A stretch of 63,992 nucleotides of DNA, filler included, from Stramenopiles sp. TOSAG23-3 (Eukaryota), in assembly GCA_900128585.1 (NCBI GenBank). It is 5 parts of 5 records of this genome, joined end to end, with 100 filler letters (N's around TTAATTAATTAA, not from the genome) between each part and the next. Parts side by side here need not be neighbours in the genome. Positions count along the whole stretch, not along the records: positions 1 to 13,226 come from LT642632.1; positions 13,327 to 26,551 come from LT642633.1; 3 more parts are not named here. One strand, given 5' to 3'. Position 1 is the stretch's first letter, and each line of letters opens with the position of its first letter. The notes under the pieces are model-generated. The model had not been told where the DNA came from, made no database searches, and saw only the letters and a list, made by a program, of their open reading frames with translations. Positions 9,215 through 19,240 of this stretch are shown here, piece after piece. The translations under genes and the position numbers were made by a program.

Positions 9215-11161
9215 ATGAAACGTCCCCACAAAGGCCAGAACAGCAGTGCACGCCCTCCTGGCAAACGACGGCGACCGCTTTTACTCAGTCCGGAAGTGTA
9301 CATTACACTTATTTGTGAGTACAAACAGGAACAAGAGAGGAAGAACCCTGGGAAGAAGTGGGACGGGCGCATGCCTCGGCCCTATTCCGTCGATATGTAC
9401 AACGGAATAAGGGTTAATGTGGGCGAATGGTTGTGTGGACAAAGACTGAAATATGCCAAACGCATTAAGGATAATAATAAAGAGGAATCATGGACTGAAA
9501 AACGACTCCGTGAAATAGGAGTAAGATTACGTACGAAGATTAAGTCGGAAGAATACATTGGGTTACTTATTGAATACATAAAGGAACAGGAAAGGAAGCA
9601 TCCTGGAGTAAAGTGGAATGGGTCCGTACCTTATAGGTATTCCGCAAAATTGGAGGACGGCATAGAGGCAACCGTCGGTAAATGGCTTCTCGCGCAAAAA
9701 CGAAAGAGAACCGAACGTATTAATCATAATATTTTTGAGGAATCGCCGGAGGAAAAAAAACTCAATGAATTAGGATATGCATGGAATTCCCGAAATCATG
9801 ACGTGGAGTTTTACATCGAAATGCTTCTTAGATATAAACTGAAATGGGAAACGAATAATCCGGGGGTGGAGTGGGATGGGAAGATCCCCCTGGACCATCT
9901 CGTCGAGGGGAGGGACGGGACAATTGCAAACCTAGGGCGGTGGGTAAGTGCTCAAAGAGTACAAAGAAAGAAACGTATTCGTGATAATATAACAGAGGTT
10001 TCTCTATTAGAAAGACGACTCGATGCCATAGGAATAGAATGGAAAGGGTTAGATCGTTATTCGCGGATGATCATGTCGGACGAGTATCTCGAAGTACTGC
10101 TTGCACACAAGAAGAAGGAGGAGATGAAGCATCCTGGAAAGCCGTGGAATGGACATGGTCCTCGTGAAGCCACGTTAGCCGACGGAAAGAAGGCGAACAT
10201 GCATGATTGGTCCGCCAAGCAAAGATGCAGGAGGAAGAATCGGATTAATAATAATATCAAGGAGATACCTGAATTGGAAGCACAGTTGACTAAAATGGGG
10301 TTTTGTTGGACAAAGCGGAAGGTTACAGACCAGGATTATGTGGATTTACTTCTTGCACACAAAAAGAAGATGGAGATGGAGCATCCGGGGAAGCCCTGGA
10401 ATGGGATGGTACGGAAACGGCATATCATCACATTGGACGACGGGGTAAAGGCACGCTTGGGTGACTGGGTGACAAGGCAGAGAAGAAAGAGAAAGTTACG
10501 TATTAGTAAAAAGATAACAGAGGTACCACCGTTCGAAACATGGCTCACTGAAATTGGATTTAGTTGGGCACCAGAGAGAAAAAAAATACAATGCAAACCG
10601 TTCAGAAAAAAAAGGGTAATGTTGGAGGATTATATGGGCATATTGCTTGAATACAAAAAGAACGAAGAGAAGAAGCATGGGAAGCCATGGGATGGGAATG
10701 TTCCTGATGCATATTCCGTCATGTTGGCCGACGGAAGATTGGCAAGACTTGGCCAATGGGTTTGTTCCAGAAAATCACTGAGAAGATGTCGCATTCGTGA
10801 TAATATAACAGAGGTGTCTATATCAGACCAACGAATAGAACAAAGACTCACTAAGGCAGGATTTAATTGGGAAAAACAAAAAGTAGGGCGGAAATTTAAG
10901 AAACAAAAAGAAGAGTCGAGTGAGGAGGAGGAAGAAGAGTCCAGCGAGGAGGAGGAAGAAGAAGAGTCCAGCGAGGAGGAGGAAGAAGAAGAGTCCAGCG
11001 AGGAGGAGGAAGAAGAGTCCAGCGAGGAGGAAGAGAGTGAAAGCGAGAGAGGCGACGACGACGATTCACCATGGGACTTACGGACAATTGAATCATTTAC
11101 AATTGCATCACGAAAGCTTGAGTCGGAGGACTACACTGAATTAAGGCTCTACGATTTATAA
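9215..11161 (+). CDS. Protein with six tandem helicase-associated (HA)-like repeats and an acidic tail
   Basis: Six ~85-aa units Y..LL.YK....PG..W(D/N)G.VP......DG...LG.W...QR....L..IG..W, matching the HA domain pattern. Confidence 0.8.
   Translation: MKRPHKGQNSSARPPGKRRRPLLLSPEVYITLICEYKQEQERKNPGKKWDGRMPRPYSVDMYNGIRVNVGEWLCGQRLKYAKRIKDNNKEESWTEKRLREIGVRLRTKIKSEEYIGLLIEYIKEQERKHPGVKWNGSVPYRYSAKLEDGIEATVGKWLLAQKRKRTERINHNIFEESPEEKKLNELGYAWNSRNHDVEFYIEMLLRYKLKWETNNPGVEWDGKIPLDHLVEGRDGTIANLGRWVSAQRVQRKKRIRDNITEVSLLERRLDAIGIEWKGLDRYSRMIMSDEYLEVLLAHKKKEEMKHPGKPWNGHGPREATLADGKKANMHDWSAKQRCRRKNRINNNIKEIPELEAQLTKMGFCWTKRKVTDQDYVDLLLAHKKKMEMEHPGKPWNGMVRKRHIITLDDGVKARLGDWVTRQRRKRKLRISKKITEVPPFETWLTEIGFSWAPERKKIQCKPFRKKRVMLEDYMGILLEYKKNEEKKHGKPWDGNVPDAYSVMLADGRLARLGQWVCSRKSLRRCRIRDNITEVSISDQRIEQRLTKAGFNWEKQKVGRKFKKQKEESSEEEEEESSEEEEEEESSEEEEEEESSEEEEEESSEEEESESERGDDDDSPWDLRTIESFTIASRKLESEDYTELRLYDL
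10909..11035 (+). repeat. Coding tandem repeat (21-24 bp) encoding ESSEEEEE
   Basis: About five copies of gaagagtccagcgaggaggag(gaa). Confidence 0.9.
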
Positions 11162-11242
11162 ACTACTTGGGAGGACGTTCAAAGTACGAGAAGTAAAATT
11201 CGTACAAAGGAATTCTTAAGAATACTATCATATAAAAAAAAC

Positions 11243-11440
11243 AAACAAGAAAATTGGCTGTTATTTATAAGTAGTTAAAATTTTAATGTACTGCGAACTG
11301 AAATCTAGATTAAAAACAAGAAAATTGGCTGTTATTTAAGTAATTAAAATTAATGTACTGCGAACTGAAATCTAGATTTAGACATTCTNNNNNNNNNNNN
11401 NNNNNNNNNNNNNNNNNNNNNNNATAACAGCCAAATTTTT
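11243..11440 (+). repeat. Repeat family B: two tandem ~68-bp units plus an inverted fragment after a gap
   Basis: AAACAAGAAAATTGGCTGTTATTT...TAATGTACTGCGAACTGAAATCTAGATT twice; N gap 11389-11423; inverted ATAACAGCCAA at 11424. Confidence 0.9.
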
Positions 11441-11509
11441 CGTTTTTAATAAAAATTGAAAATTTAAGAGCCAACATACAAAAACAATTATAATACTTCG
11501 TACATTACA

Positions 11510-12970
11510 CTATATGTCTGTAGATTCGGGCACGTACCTCTCTTCAGAAAGCTGCGCCCAAGAATTTTTGCTGCTATGCGAACCTATGCTGCTGACAGGG
11601 CTATTCGAATCGTCTGTAATAGCTACAGCAGCAGCAGCAGCAGACTTTTCTTGAAATTCGAGCACTTCGCCTGCACGCACGATTTCGGTCTTAACTTTCC
11701 CCGAGTTTGTGACCACTCTTAGCTTTAGCTCAGAATCGTGCGAAAATCGAATTCTGTAGCAGCACGAGGGCACGAATTTAGATTTCAACGTCCCTTCCAA
11801 TATTCTTGCAATGTTGTAGATCATGGCCACGTCCAGCAATGCGGAAAGCTGGAAGCAGGCGGTGAAGGACGCTATCGACGCGTACTTTGCGGAGAACACC
11901 CCACAGACGAAGGCAGACGCAACGTAGACACCAAGAAGGGCAACCACTGTAATTATCTTGTTCGACATGACAATCATCATTCCGATCGTCCGACGCCTCC
12001 TCTCAACGCACATCCCCCCGCCCTCCACCTGAAGCGTTCTCAGCGTCGAGACAACACTGCACCCCGAGTAAAGCGTAAAGGCACCCTGGTAAATGAGAAG
12101 AACATTAAATACAATGCGCTCGTTGACGAAGTGGACAGTGTCAATGCCTTTCCAAAAACTAGGGATGTTCATCCATACATTGCACGAAATCTCCAAGACC
12201 AGCGACAGCACCAAAACGGTCCTGTAAACGTTCATGTGCCCTCTCAAAGTGCATCTTTTTCGAGTCGGGACGTACGACGCTCGGCCAGGAATCACCGAGG
12301 ACGTCATTTGGGACCATTTTTCGAGCATGAAGGTGCAGGCTAGTATTATGCCCCACGACCCAAAGTCCATGATGATGTCCTCTACGGTATCGGGGATCCA
12401 GCCGTACATGTCCACGGTCCCGGGAAGAATGCGACATATAAAGCGGGAGGCCCAGAACACAATCAGGCCTACAAGGCAGGTCACCACTGCGTTCCCGAAT
12501 ACGTACAAGCACGGGTTGGAAGAGCATTTCGTTTGGTTTCGTCGAAACGTGCCTCGCGACTCCTGCTGTTTTTTCAGAGCTGTCAGTTTCACTAGGTACA
12601 GGCTAACAATCATGTACAGTGAATGGATGAACAGGGGCAGCAAAACGGCGTAATTCACGATGGCAGGGACCAGAGTGTGATCATACAGGACGTGCACGCA
12701 AGTGACAGACTCCTCCTCTTTGGCCCGAATGCGCTTGTTATTGGTGCACAAGCAGGTTTGCTTCCCCGCTTCCTCCCTGCACGTCGCGAGAAGATCGTTC
12801 GACCCAACTGGCGACTTGCCCGTTATCACACAGTCGGTGCAATTGCTCACTATTTTTCGTCGTTGAATAGCAACCGCGCGGCTTTCAGCTGTACACAAAA
12901 ACGTGCACAGCAGTGCACCACAGAGGAGGAGTACAAATGGTCCCGTCCGACGACCCGGACAAAACTCCAT
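11510..12970 (-). CDS. Signal-peptide, Cys-rich ectodomain, ~7TM receptor-like membrane protein
   Basis: Hydrophobic N-terminal signal (FVLLLCGALLCTFLCTAES), Cys-rich segment, about seven hydrophobic helices and a Ser-rich cytosolic tail. Start placed at ATG 12970. Confidence 0.65.
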   Translation of the reverse strand: MEFCPGRRTGPFVLLLCGALLCTFLCTAESRAVAIQRRKIVSNCTDCVITGKSPVGSNDLLATCREEAGKQTCLCTNNKRIRAKEEESVTCVHVLYDHTLVPAIVNYAVLLPLFIHSLYMIVSLYLVKLTALKKQQESRGTFRRNQTKCSSNPCLYVFGNAVVTCLVGLIVFWASRFICRILPGTVDMYGWIPDTVEDIIMDFGSWGIILACTFMLEKWSQMTSSVIPGRASYVPTRKRCTLRGHMNVYRTVLVLSLVLEISCNVWMNIPSFWKGIDTVHFVNERIVFNVLLIYQGAFTLYSGCSVVSTLRTLQVEGGGMCVERRRRTIGMMIVMSNKIITVVALLGVYVASAFVCGVFSAKYASIASFTACFQLSALLDVAMIYNIARILEGTLKSKFVPSCCYRIRFSHDSELKLRVVTNSGKVKTEIVRAGEVLEFQEKSAAAAAVAITDDSNSPVSSIGSHSSKNSWAQLSEERYVPESTDI

Positions 12971-13226
12971 TTGCAAATTTAACAACGTGTACAGAACGAC
13001 AACACACGAGGAATAACTATCAATTCATCCGAAGGTATAAGAGCCTATCAAAAAAACAATCGAAATAGAACAAGAAAATCCGTTCTTTTTTAGCTAAAGT
13101 TTTTATTAGTCGTCTATTAATTGTTATTTATGGTTTGACTTTTGCCTTTTTTGTAAAAAAGATACGCAGTGGTGGGGATGAATTAATACCGTAACCGTAT
13201 TAATGATGGCCGCCCACCTCCCACCT

Positions 13227-13326
13227 NNNNNNNNNNNNNNNNNNNNNNNNNNNNNNNNNNNNNNNNNNNNTTAATTAATTAANNNNNNNNNNNNNNNNNN
13301 NNNNNNNNNNNNNNNNNNNNNNNNNN
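13227..13326. other. Artificial contig-joining spacer
   Basis: N44-TTAATTAATTAA-N44; stops in all six frames. Confidence 0.97.
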
Positions 13327-13948
13327 ATTGTTTTAGAGGTGCTCGTTGTCTGCTATGTAAATCAGTTAAGGGATTGTCATTTGTGAGTTGGGGTGTCGGG
13401 GGAGGTTCGTTGTGTGGGATTCGTTGGGGTGCCGTTTGGGATCTCGTCCTGCGATATATACCATTGCTCTGGTTTCCGTCTTCTGGTGATTGAGGTGAGG
13501 ATTGTATCTCTGTTTCTTCGTCCGAGGATGACACTTCTAGGGTCGAGGCAATGCTGGATTGCTCACTGCTGGATGGTGGTGGGGACTGGAATGAAGTGTC
13601 ATCCCCAGAGACCGTGTCGTCCCGGGAGGATAGCACTTTAATTATAGTCGGGGAACTACCGGGGTCGTCGCTGCTGGAATGCTCCTTCTTTTTTTAGATT
13701 GTAAATTTTTATAATAGCATATGTCCTTAATAAATAACAGTCAATTTTGTTTTGTTTTTTAATTTATATCTCCAAAAATAACAGAGCATACCCGGTATAT
13801 TCTGGTTTTTAATTATTTTGTGTTTTTTTTTAACTAGATTTTTAAAACTGGTTTTTGTTACAAAACCAATGGGAAGGAATCTATAAGGTTGGTCACAAAG
13901 AAAACCTTCGCCCAGCATTGATCAGCATCCATCGCGCCACGTACGACA

Positions 13949-15343
13949 TTAAGCCAACAAACCGCTGATGAAGTCTTCTTCCTCCCGAGGGGATGCGAAC
14001 AACCCAGCAGTTTTCAATGCTCCAATCGTTTTCTGGGGTATTTCCAGATCGGCTGCAAAGTCTGCCCTATCGATGTCCATGTCCAGGTCGGAAAATGCCA
14101 TAAAAGTATCCGAGTTTAGGCCACTAGCGAGCGTATTGAAGTTCATTTTATTACTGTTTCCCAAAGCACTTTTTAACGGGGAGTACTCTTCTGACTCGAA
14201 CGGGCTTGTGCTTCCAGATGGAATGTAGTCTTCCGTGCTTGCATCGCTGGCGCTGTCGAAGTCGAAGTTCTCGATGTCTTCATCAAAAAATGTCAAATCC
14301 GGCTCTGGGGAGATGTTTTTTTCACTTTTTTGGTTTTCCCCAGTATGGAATAAATCAGCAACGGAGCGCGGGGTATCGTCCACAAAATCGACAGAAAATG
14401 CCGCCGCTAAGGATGCGGCTTGGGACAGCGCCGGCGCTTTAATAAACAGCGACGAAGGGATGGGCTTGTAATCGTCCTTTTTTCCCCGCTTCGTGGACGG
14501 ACGCTTGCGCGGTTTCTTTGAAGTCGTGGCAACGGTGTCCTCCTTCTTTGTGGCTTTCGCCGTCTGTTTCTTCGCGCGTTTTCGCTTTGGTTTTCTATTG
14601 CCATCTGGTGAGATTGACGAGGCAGTGGAACATATGCTCCCCAAGGTAGCATCATCTAGTACACCTTCTTTCTGGTGCGATTTTGCTACTTTCTGAAAGT
14701 ATTTTTGAGCGTGGGTTCGAATTTGAACCACAGACCTTGTCGGAATCAGTTGCGATATGTCCTTCCACTCTTTTCCAAATTGCTCCAATCCCAAAAGAAA
14801 CATTTCATGCTCTTCTTTTGTCCACCTCCCTGTATTTTCGCCGACCTCTGGCTTCCGAGTGGATTTTTCTGGCGAGCCTTTCTCTTTCGACTTAGATTTT
14901 TTTGCCTCCGCGTCCGATATGGTGCGCATAATTACGTGAGGAATCGAGTTGAGTATGCTCTGCGGCAAAGGGCAAGAAGACGACGTGGACGTTTCCTTGT
15001 TGACGATGTGGCGAGCTTTTAGCGACAAGCTGACTTTCTTCATTGCTGCAAGAACGCTTTTTCTAGATTTCAAGCCAGACTTTGGCGAGGAAGACACCCC
15101 ACCGTCGGAACGAAATGACTTCTTTTTCACAACATTCTTTTTTCTTGATATGGACACCTTTCGGCGCGGACTTCCTTTCTTCCCTTGCCCGGAACTGGAT
15201 GCTGATGTCTTTCCAGAACTTGACACAACTTTTTTTGGTACGGAGTAAGACGCTGTTTTGGACGCATTCAACGACGTGCTTTTCTTGGCGTTCAACGCCG
15301 TACTTTTCTTTCCGCCCCCGGATGGAACGCGTGATAAATTCAT
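13949..15343 (-). CDS. MYB-related transcription factor, SHAQKYF class
   Basis: GRWTKEEHEMFLLGLEQFGKEWKDISQLIPTRSVVQIRTHAQKYF; basic N-terminus and acidic C-terminus. Confidence 0.92.
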   Translation of the reverse strand: MNLSRVPSGGGKKSTALNAKKSTSLNASKTASYSVPKKVVSSSGKTSASSSGQGKKGSPRRKVSISRKKNVVKKKSFRSDGGVSSSPKSGLKSRKSVLAAMKKVSLSLKARHIVNKETSTSSSCPLPQSILNSIPHVIMRTISDAEAKKSKSKEKGSPEKSTRKPEVGENTGRWTKEEHEMFLLGLEQFGKEWKDISQLIPTRSVVQIRTHAQKYFQKVAKSHQKEGVLDDATLGSICSTASSISPDGNRKPKRKRAKKQTAKATKKEDTVATTSKKPRKRPSTKRGKKDDYKPIPSSLFIKAPALSQAASLAAAFSVDFVDDTPRSVADLFHTGENQKSEKNISPEPDLTFFDEDIENFDFDSASDASTEDYIPSGSTSPFESEEYSPLKSALGNSNKMNFNTLASGLNSDTFMAFSDLDMDIDRADFAADLEIPQKTIGALKTAGLFASPREEEDFISGLLA

Positions 15344-15737
15344 TTTCTGTTTTATTTAATATGACGACGGTAGGGAACAACGCAGTGCTTGGGCAAAGGC
15401 GAGGGTTAAGAAGAAGAAGGATAAAAGTGGGTGGGTGGGTGGGAACGGGAATTAAGTAACAAAGGGCGAACAATTTCAAGGTACTAAGTTTCTAGAATGG
15501 TTGCAATTGATGTGGAATGGTAGGACGCAGCTGGAGAGAGCGAAATATACTTTTGGAAGCGGCACTGCTGGACGGAACGCGAACCGGTAAAGGATTTGGG
15601 AGTTGGAGGCAGGAGGAGGAGAGCTGAGAACCTCACATTATTGTGAGATTATCACTTGAACAACAAAAAACAACTCGCCCAACAAACACACAGCAGCACA
15701 ACACAAAAGAACCACAACAGGAAGTTAACTAATTTCC

Positions 15738-15845
15738 GCGAATAAATGAAATACATCTAAATAGCATTGGAAAGGAAAAATAATCCGAACAACCTCTGCG
15801 AATTAATGAAATAGAACAAAATAGCATTGGAAAGGGAAAATATTC
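15738..15845. repeat. Imperfect tandem duplication, 60-bp period
   Basis: GCGAAT(A/T)AATGAAATA...AAATAGCATTGGAAAGG at 15738 and 15798. Confidence 0.85.
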
Positions 15846-16484
15846 GTATTATTTTATTATTTTTTACTGGGTCTGTAGCATCTATTTCAGCTAGTAATTT
15901 TTATTAAATTAATAAATGTTTTGGTTGGGTGAATTTTTGGGCCAAAAAAAAATCAACCAAATAAAATAAAACTTCATTTCAAGTACAATTAAAATTCCTA
16001 TCAAAACAAGAAACCCACTCAGGCCACTACTGATAGATTTTTCAAAATTCGAGTCAAACTTCTGTGCATCAAATTCCTTATAATAACAGGGGAGGCTGCC
16101 CCGCGTAGTTTGTTTCTGTGTGTGTTTGTGATTGAACCAGGTTGAATTGGCAAAAAAAGCTGGGCACCAGATGATATGTCCTGTGGCGGCGACCTCAAAA
16201 TACTGTATCGATTTCCTTAACCGAGAGGGAGGCTGCCCCGCGTTAACCACAACACGACGATCATCATCATCATCTTCTGTGTTTTTTTTAATTATTTTTA
16301 TTAATATACTTGGTAATAATTTAGTAGCGAGTACTAGTCGTCAACCGTAGTTCGTAATAGTCCTCCATTTGTGGAGGCTTGTCACACTTGTTTCCGGCGA
16401 TGCATATTAAAAGTGTCCATATGTGTAACTACAACTGCTCGGTGCAATCAAAGCAGGTTGAGTAGGCAACAGACGGGACATCGA

Positions 16485-18347
16485 ATGCACCAGTGTAACT
16501 CCGGGCGGGCGCCGTTCCAGCTGTCCGCTGCGGAGCGGCAAAGGGCGGAAACGATGGGGTGGAAAAGTTGGGCACCGGATGATATGTCCTCTGGTGGTGT
16601 CAAGGTTGGCGATCCTGTAAAACGAATGGGCGGGGAGTTTTTTTGGTCGAAACACCACGTTTATGGCAAACAGCTCGAAGAACTCCGTGCGCACGGCGAC
16701 CCTCTAGTAGATGGGGTTGTGGAAAGTTTGAGTCTCAAACCGCAGGACGATATCATAGAGCTCATTTTTCCTTCGCAAAATGGAGGAACTGTTAGTAAAA
16801 ATAACCCTGGTGGCGACAACAAGACAGTCGATCGCCTGAAGGTGCACCTGCTGTCTACCCCTGAGTGGGTTGACCAAGATAAAGTTCGCCGGGCACAAAA
16901 CTTCTTCCACCGACACGGTCCGGCTGCCGGCATGGCCCTTTTGAATCTGAGCCTTGCTGGTGGTTTCTCGGCCCCAAGAATCAATCAGGTCCTCGCTTCC
17001 ACTGGGTATATGTCGAACAGTTCAAAGTCGTATTTGCGCTTGGTTGAAACCCTCCAAATGATCAATGACTGCATGCAGCCGGGAGCGCTTGAGCCCCATG
17101 GCAGAGGATGGACATCTTGCATTCGCGTAAGATTTCTGCATGCCAAAATTCGCCGTCGGCTGGCAAAATCCAATTATTACGACGTGAAGAAATTCGGAGT
17201 TGCAATTAATCAAGAAGACATGTGCGCGACTTTGTTGTCGTTCCAAATCCTTGTGATCGAAGTGCTGGAATACATCGGGTATAACGTTTCGCCCCAAGAG
17301 AAGGAGGACTACACACATCTTTGGCGCTTGATCGGATACTGGAGCGGTGTTTCTGAAGAGACTAACCCTTGCGGTACCTACCAAATTTCGCGTGCGACGC
17401 TGGAATCCATAACAATGCATTTAATTGACCCTTCAACAGACAACACTTGCGCTCAGATGACAAAGAACGTATTGTTGTCTGTGGCTTACAAGGCTCCTTT
17501 CTATTGGAGTTTTGAAACACTTGCTCAGCTATCACGAATGTTCATGGGGCATGAGCTTGCCGATGCCTTGGATTTGCCACCAGAGAGCCGTCTGTTGAGA
17601 TTTTTCCATAACAGCAATTTCGCTGTAATGAGAACCACAACTGCACTCTCCTATGTTCCGATCATTGGCAGTAGCATGGTCTCACTCAATAATGCTTTTA
17701 TGGAACATTGGGTAGATTCGATGCAGCAGAATAAGAGAACAAAGTTTAAACTCAATTACCCACCCCCAATTTCAAACGAGGAAAAAAGTAAAATTGACCA
17801 CCGTGTGTTGCACGACAACGAGGCGCTTCAGGCACGGATAAGGAATCGGGGTTACTGGGAGTGTTATTTATGCGAATTAAGATCAAATCCATTGAAAACC
17901 AAAATGTTCAGCAGCGCTGTACTGACAGGAATGGGACAGGTATTTGGTAACTTTTTGGCCGGGCGTAAGTTCAACAAACGACGTTTTCTTGCGTTTGGGC
18001 TCTTTGGGTTGCTTGGAACTGGCCCAATCATCCATTACTGGCTAAAGGTGTTGAGGTCGTATGGGCCATCGAACATATACTTACAAGTCGCCATCGATCG
18101 GCTTGCGTTTCATCCACCATTTCAGTATCTCTTCTTTTTGTCGGTTGGGATGATGGAAGGCCGAGGCTTTCGCAGTGTCATAGAAGAAACCAACAAATCG
18201 TTCTCGTCGGTTATTTTGAACGCCTTAAAGTTCTGGCCCCCGGTGATGTTTCTGAACCTGAAGTTCATACCAGCAGAATTACAAGTGCTCTGTTCGAGCA
18301 CAGCGGCATTTTTCTGGTCGTGCTATCTTGGCCTTGCGTCCAGGTAG
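16485..18347 (+). CDS. ER-bound oxygenase MpaB/rubber-oxygenase-like domain fused to an Mpv17/PMP22 domain
   Basis: PEWVD..KVRRAQNFF, RLVETLQ, VRFLHAKIR, AINQEDM..TL, EDYTHLWRLIGYWSGV; C-terminal NPLKTK..SAVL..GQ, GPIIHYW, IDRL.F.P, FWPPV..LN.KFIP..Q, W..YL. Start is ATG 16485 or 16554. Confidence 0.85.
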   Translation: MHQCNSGRAPFQLSAAERQRAETMGWKSWAPDDMSSGGVKVGDPVKRMGGEFFWSKHHVYGKQLEELRAHGDPLVDGVVESLSLKPQDDIIELIFPSQNGGTVSKNNPGGDNKTVDRLKVHLLSTPEWVDQDKVRRAQNFFHRHGPAAGMALLNLSLAGGFSAPRINQVLASTGYMSNSSKSYLRLVETLQMINDCMQPGALEPHGRGWTSCIRVRFLHAKIRRRLAKSNYYDVKKFGVAINQEDMCATLLSFQILVIEVLEYIGYNVSPQEKEDYTHLWRLIGYWSGVSEETNPCGTYQISRATLESITMHLIDPSTDNTCAQMTKNVLLSVAYKAPFYWSFETLAQLSRMFMGHELADALDLPPESRLLRFFHNSNFAVMRTTTALSYVPIIGSSMVSLNNAFMEHWVDSMQQNKRTKFKLNYPPPISNEEKSKIDHRVLHDNEALQARIRNRGYWECYLCELRSNPLKTKMFSSAVLTGMGQVFGNFLAGRKFNKRRFLAFGLFGLLGTGPIIHYWLKVLRSYGPSNIYLQVAIDRLAFHPPFQYLFFLSVGMMEGRGFRSVIEETNKSFSSVILNALKFWPPVMFLNLKFIPAELQVLCSSTAAFFWSCYLGLASR

Positions 18348-18515
18348 CTCGGCCTGGGGTTTACGAAAAGGAACAGTTTTGGTGGCATCTTTTCCTTGTT
18401 GGATAAACAGCTCCCATTTTATTTTTACTCATCTAGATTTTTACATTTTTACTCATTAACACAATTAATTTTTTACCAACACTACAACCATTAAAATTCG
18501 TTTCAATAAAAAATA

Positions 18516-19240
18516 AGATTTCAGTTCGCAGTACATTAATTTTAATTACTTTAACGTAATATAAATAACAGCTATTAATTTTAACTATGATACTTTAAAT
18601 AACAGCCAATTTTCTTGTTTTTAAAATTAAATAATTTTGAGAGTCTCAAAGCATACTATATAAATTAAAACATCAAGATAGGATCAGGGTTGGAACTGAA
18701 ATCGTAATTGATTTAAAATGAGAGTCTTAAAGCATACTATGTATGATTTGTTTTTTAAAATATATTGCCATAGCCGCTGTCCCAAACAATCTTCTGATAG
18801 TTTGACGCGACCATATGACCAGGTCACCTTATTGCCAAGACTATCAAAATAGTTTTTGGGGAAGATCCAGGCGTCTACAACACAATAATGGCCGCTGTCT
18901 CAAACAATCTTGTGATAGTTTGACATATCAAAATATTTTTTCGTATTCTGGAACAAGGAGGAGTTTGGGTTCTTGAACGGTTTTATTTTCTTTTTTTTTG
19001 AGCGTATTAAAACATACTATTAATATATTGCCATCGTCGCAAATCCACCTACCGATTCGGATCATGCATGGAGTACACATGGGAATGATAGTCAAGACTA
19101 AGTGACAAGGGCATATTGATTAGTAAAACCACATGAGCAGAACTAAGTTCGCAGTACATGAAGGAACGTAAACCTTTAATTTGCGGTGCATGAGGAAGAT
19201 GTATTTTAATTACTTAAATAGCAGCCAATTTTTTGTTTTT
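18516..19240 (-). repeat. Repeat family B cluster (several modules)
   Basis: Inverted B core at 18516-18622 and 19146-19240; GAGTCT(C/T)AAAGCATACTAT twice; 34-bp direct repeat at 18773 and 18891; CTACCGATTCGGAT module shared with 27681. Confidence 0.85.

Noticed and set aside
13271-13282. TTAATTAATTAA palindrome recurring every ~13.3 kb
   Set aside because: Always centred in N runs; an artificial six-frame-stop linker, not biology.
13327-13636. Ser/Pro-rich partial ORF at a contig edge
   Set aside because: No ATG start, no domain and truncated by the spacer; cannot be supported.
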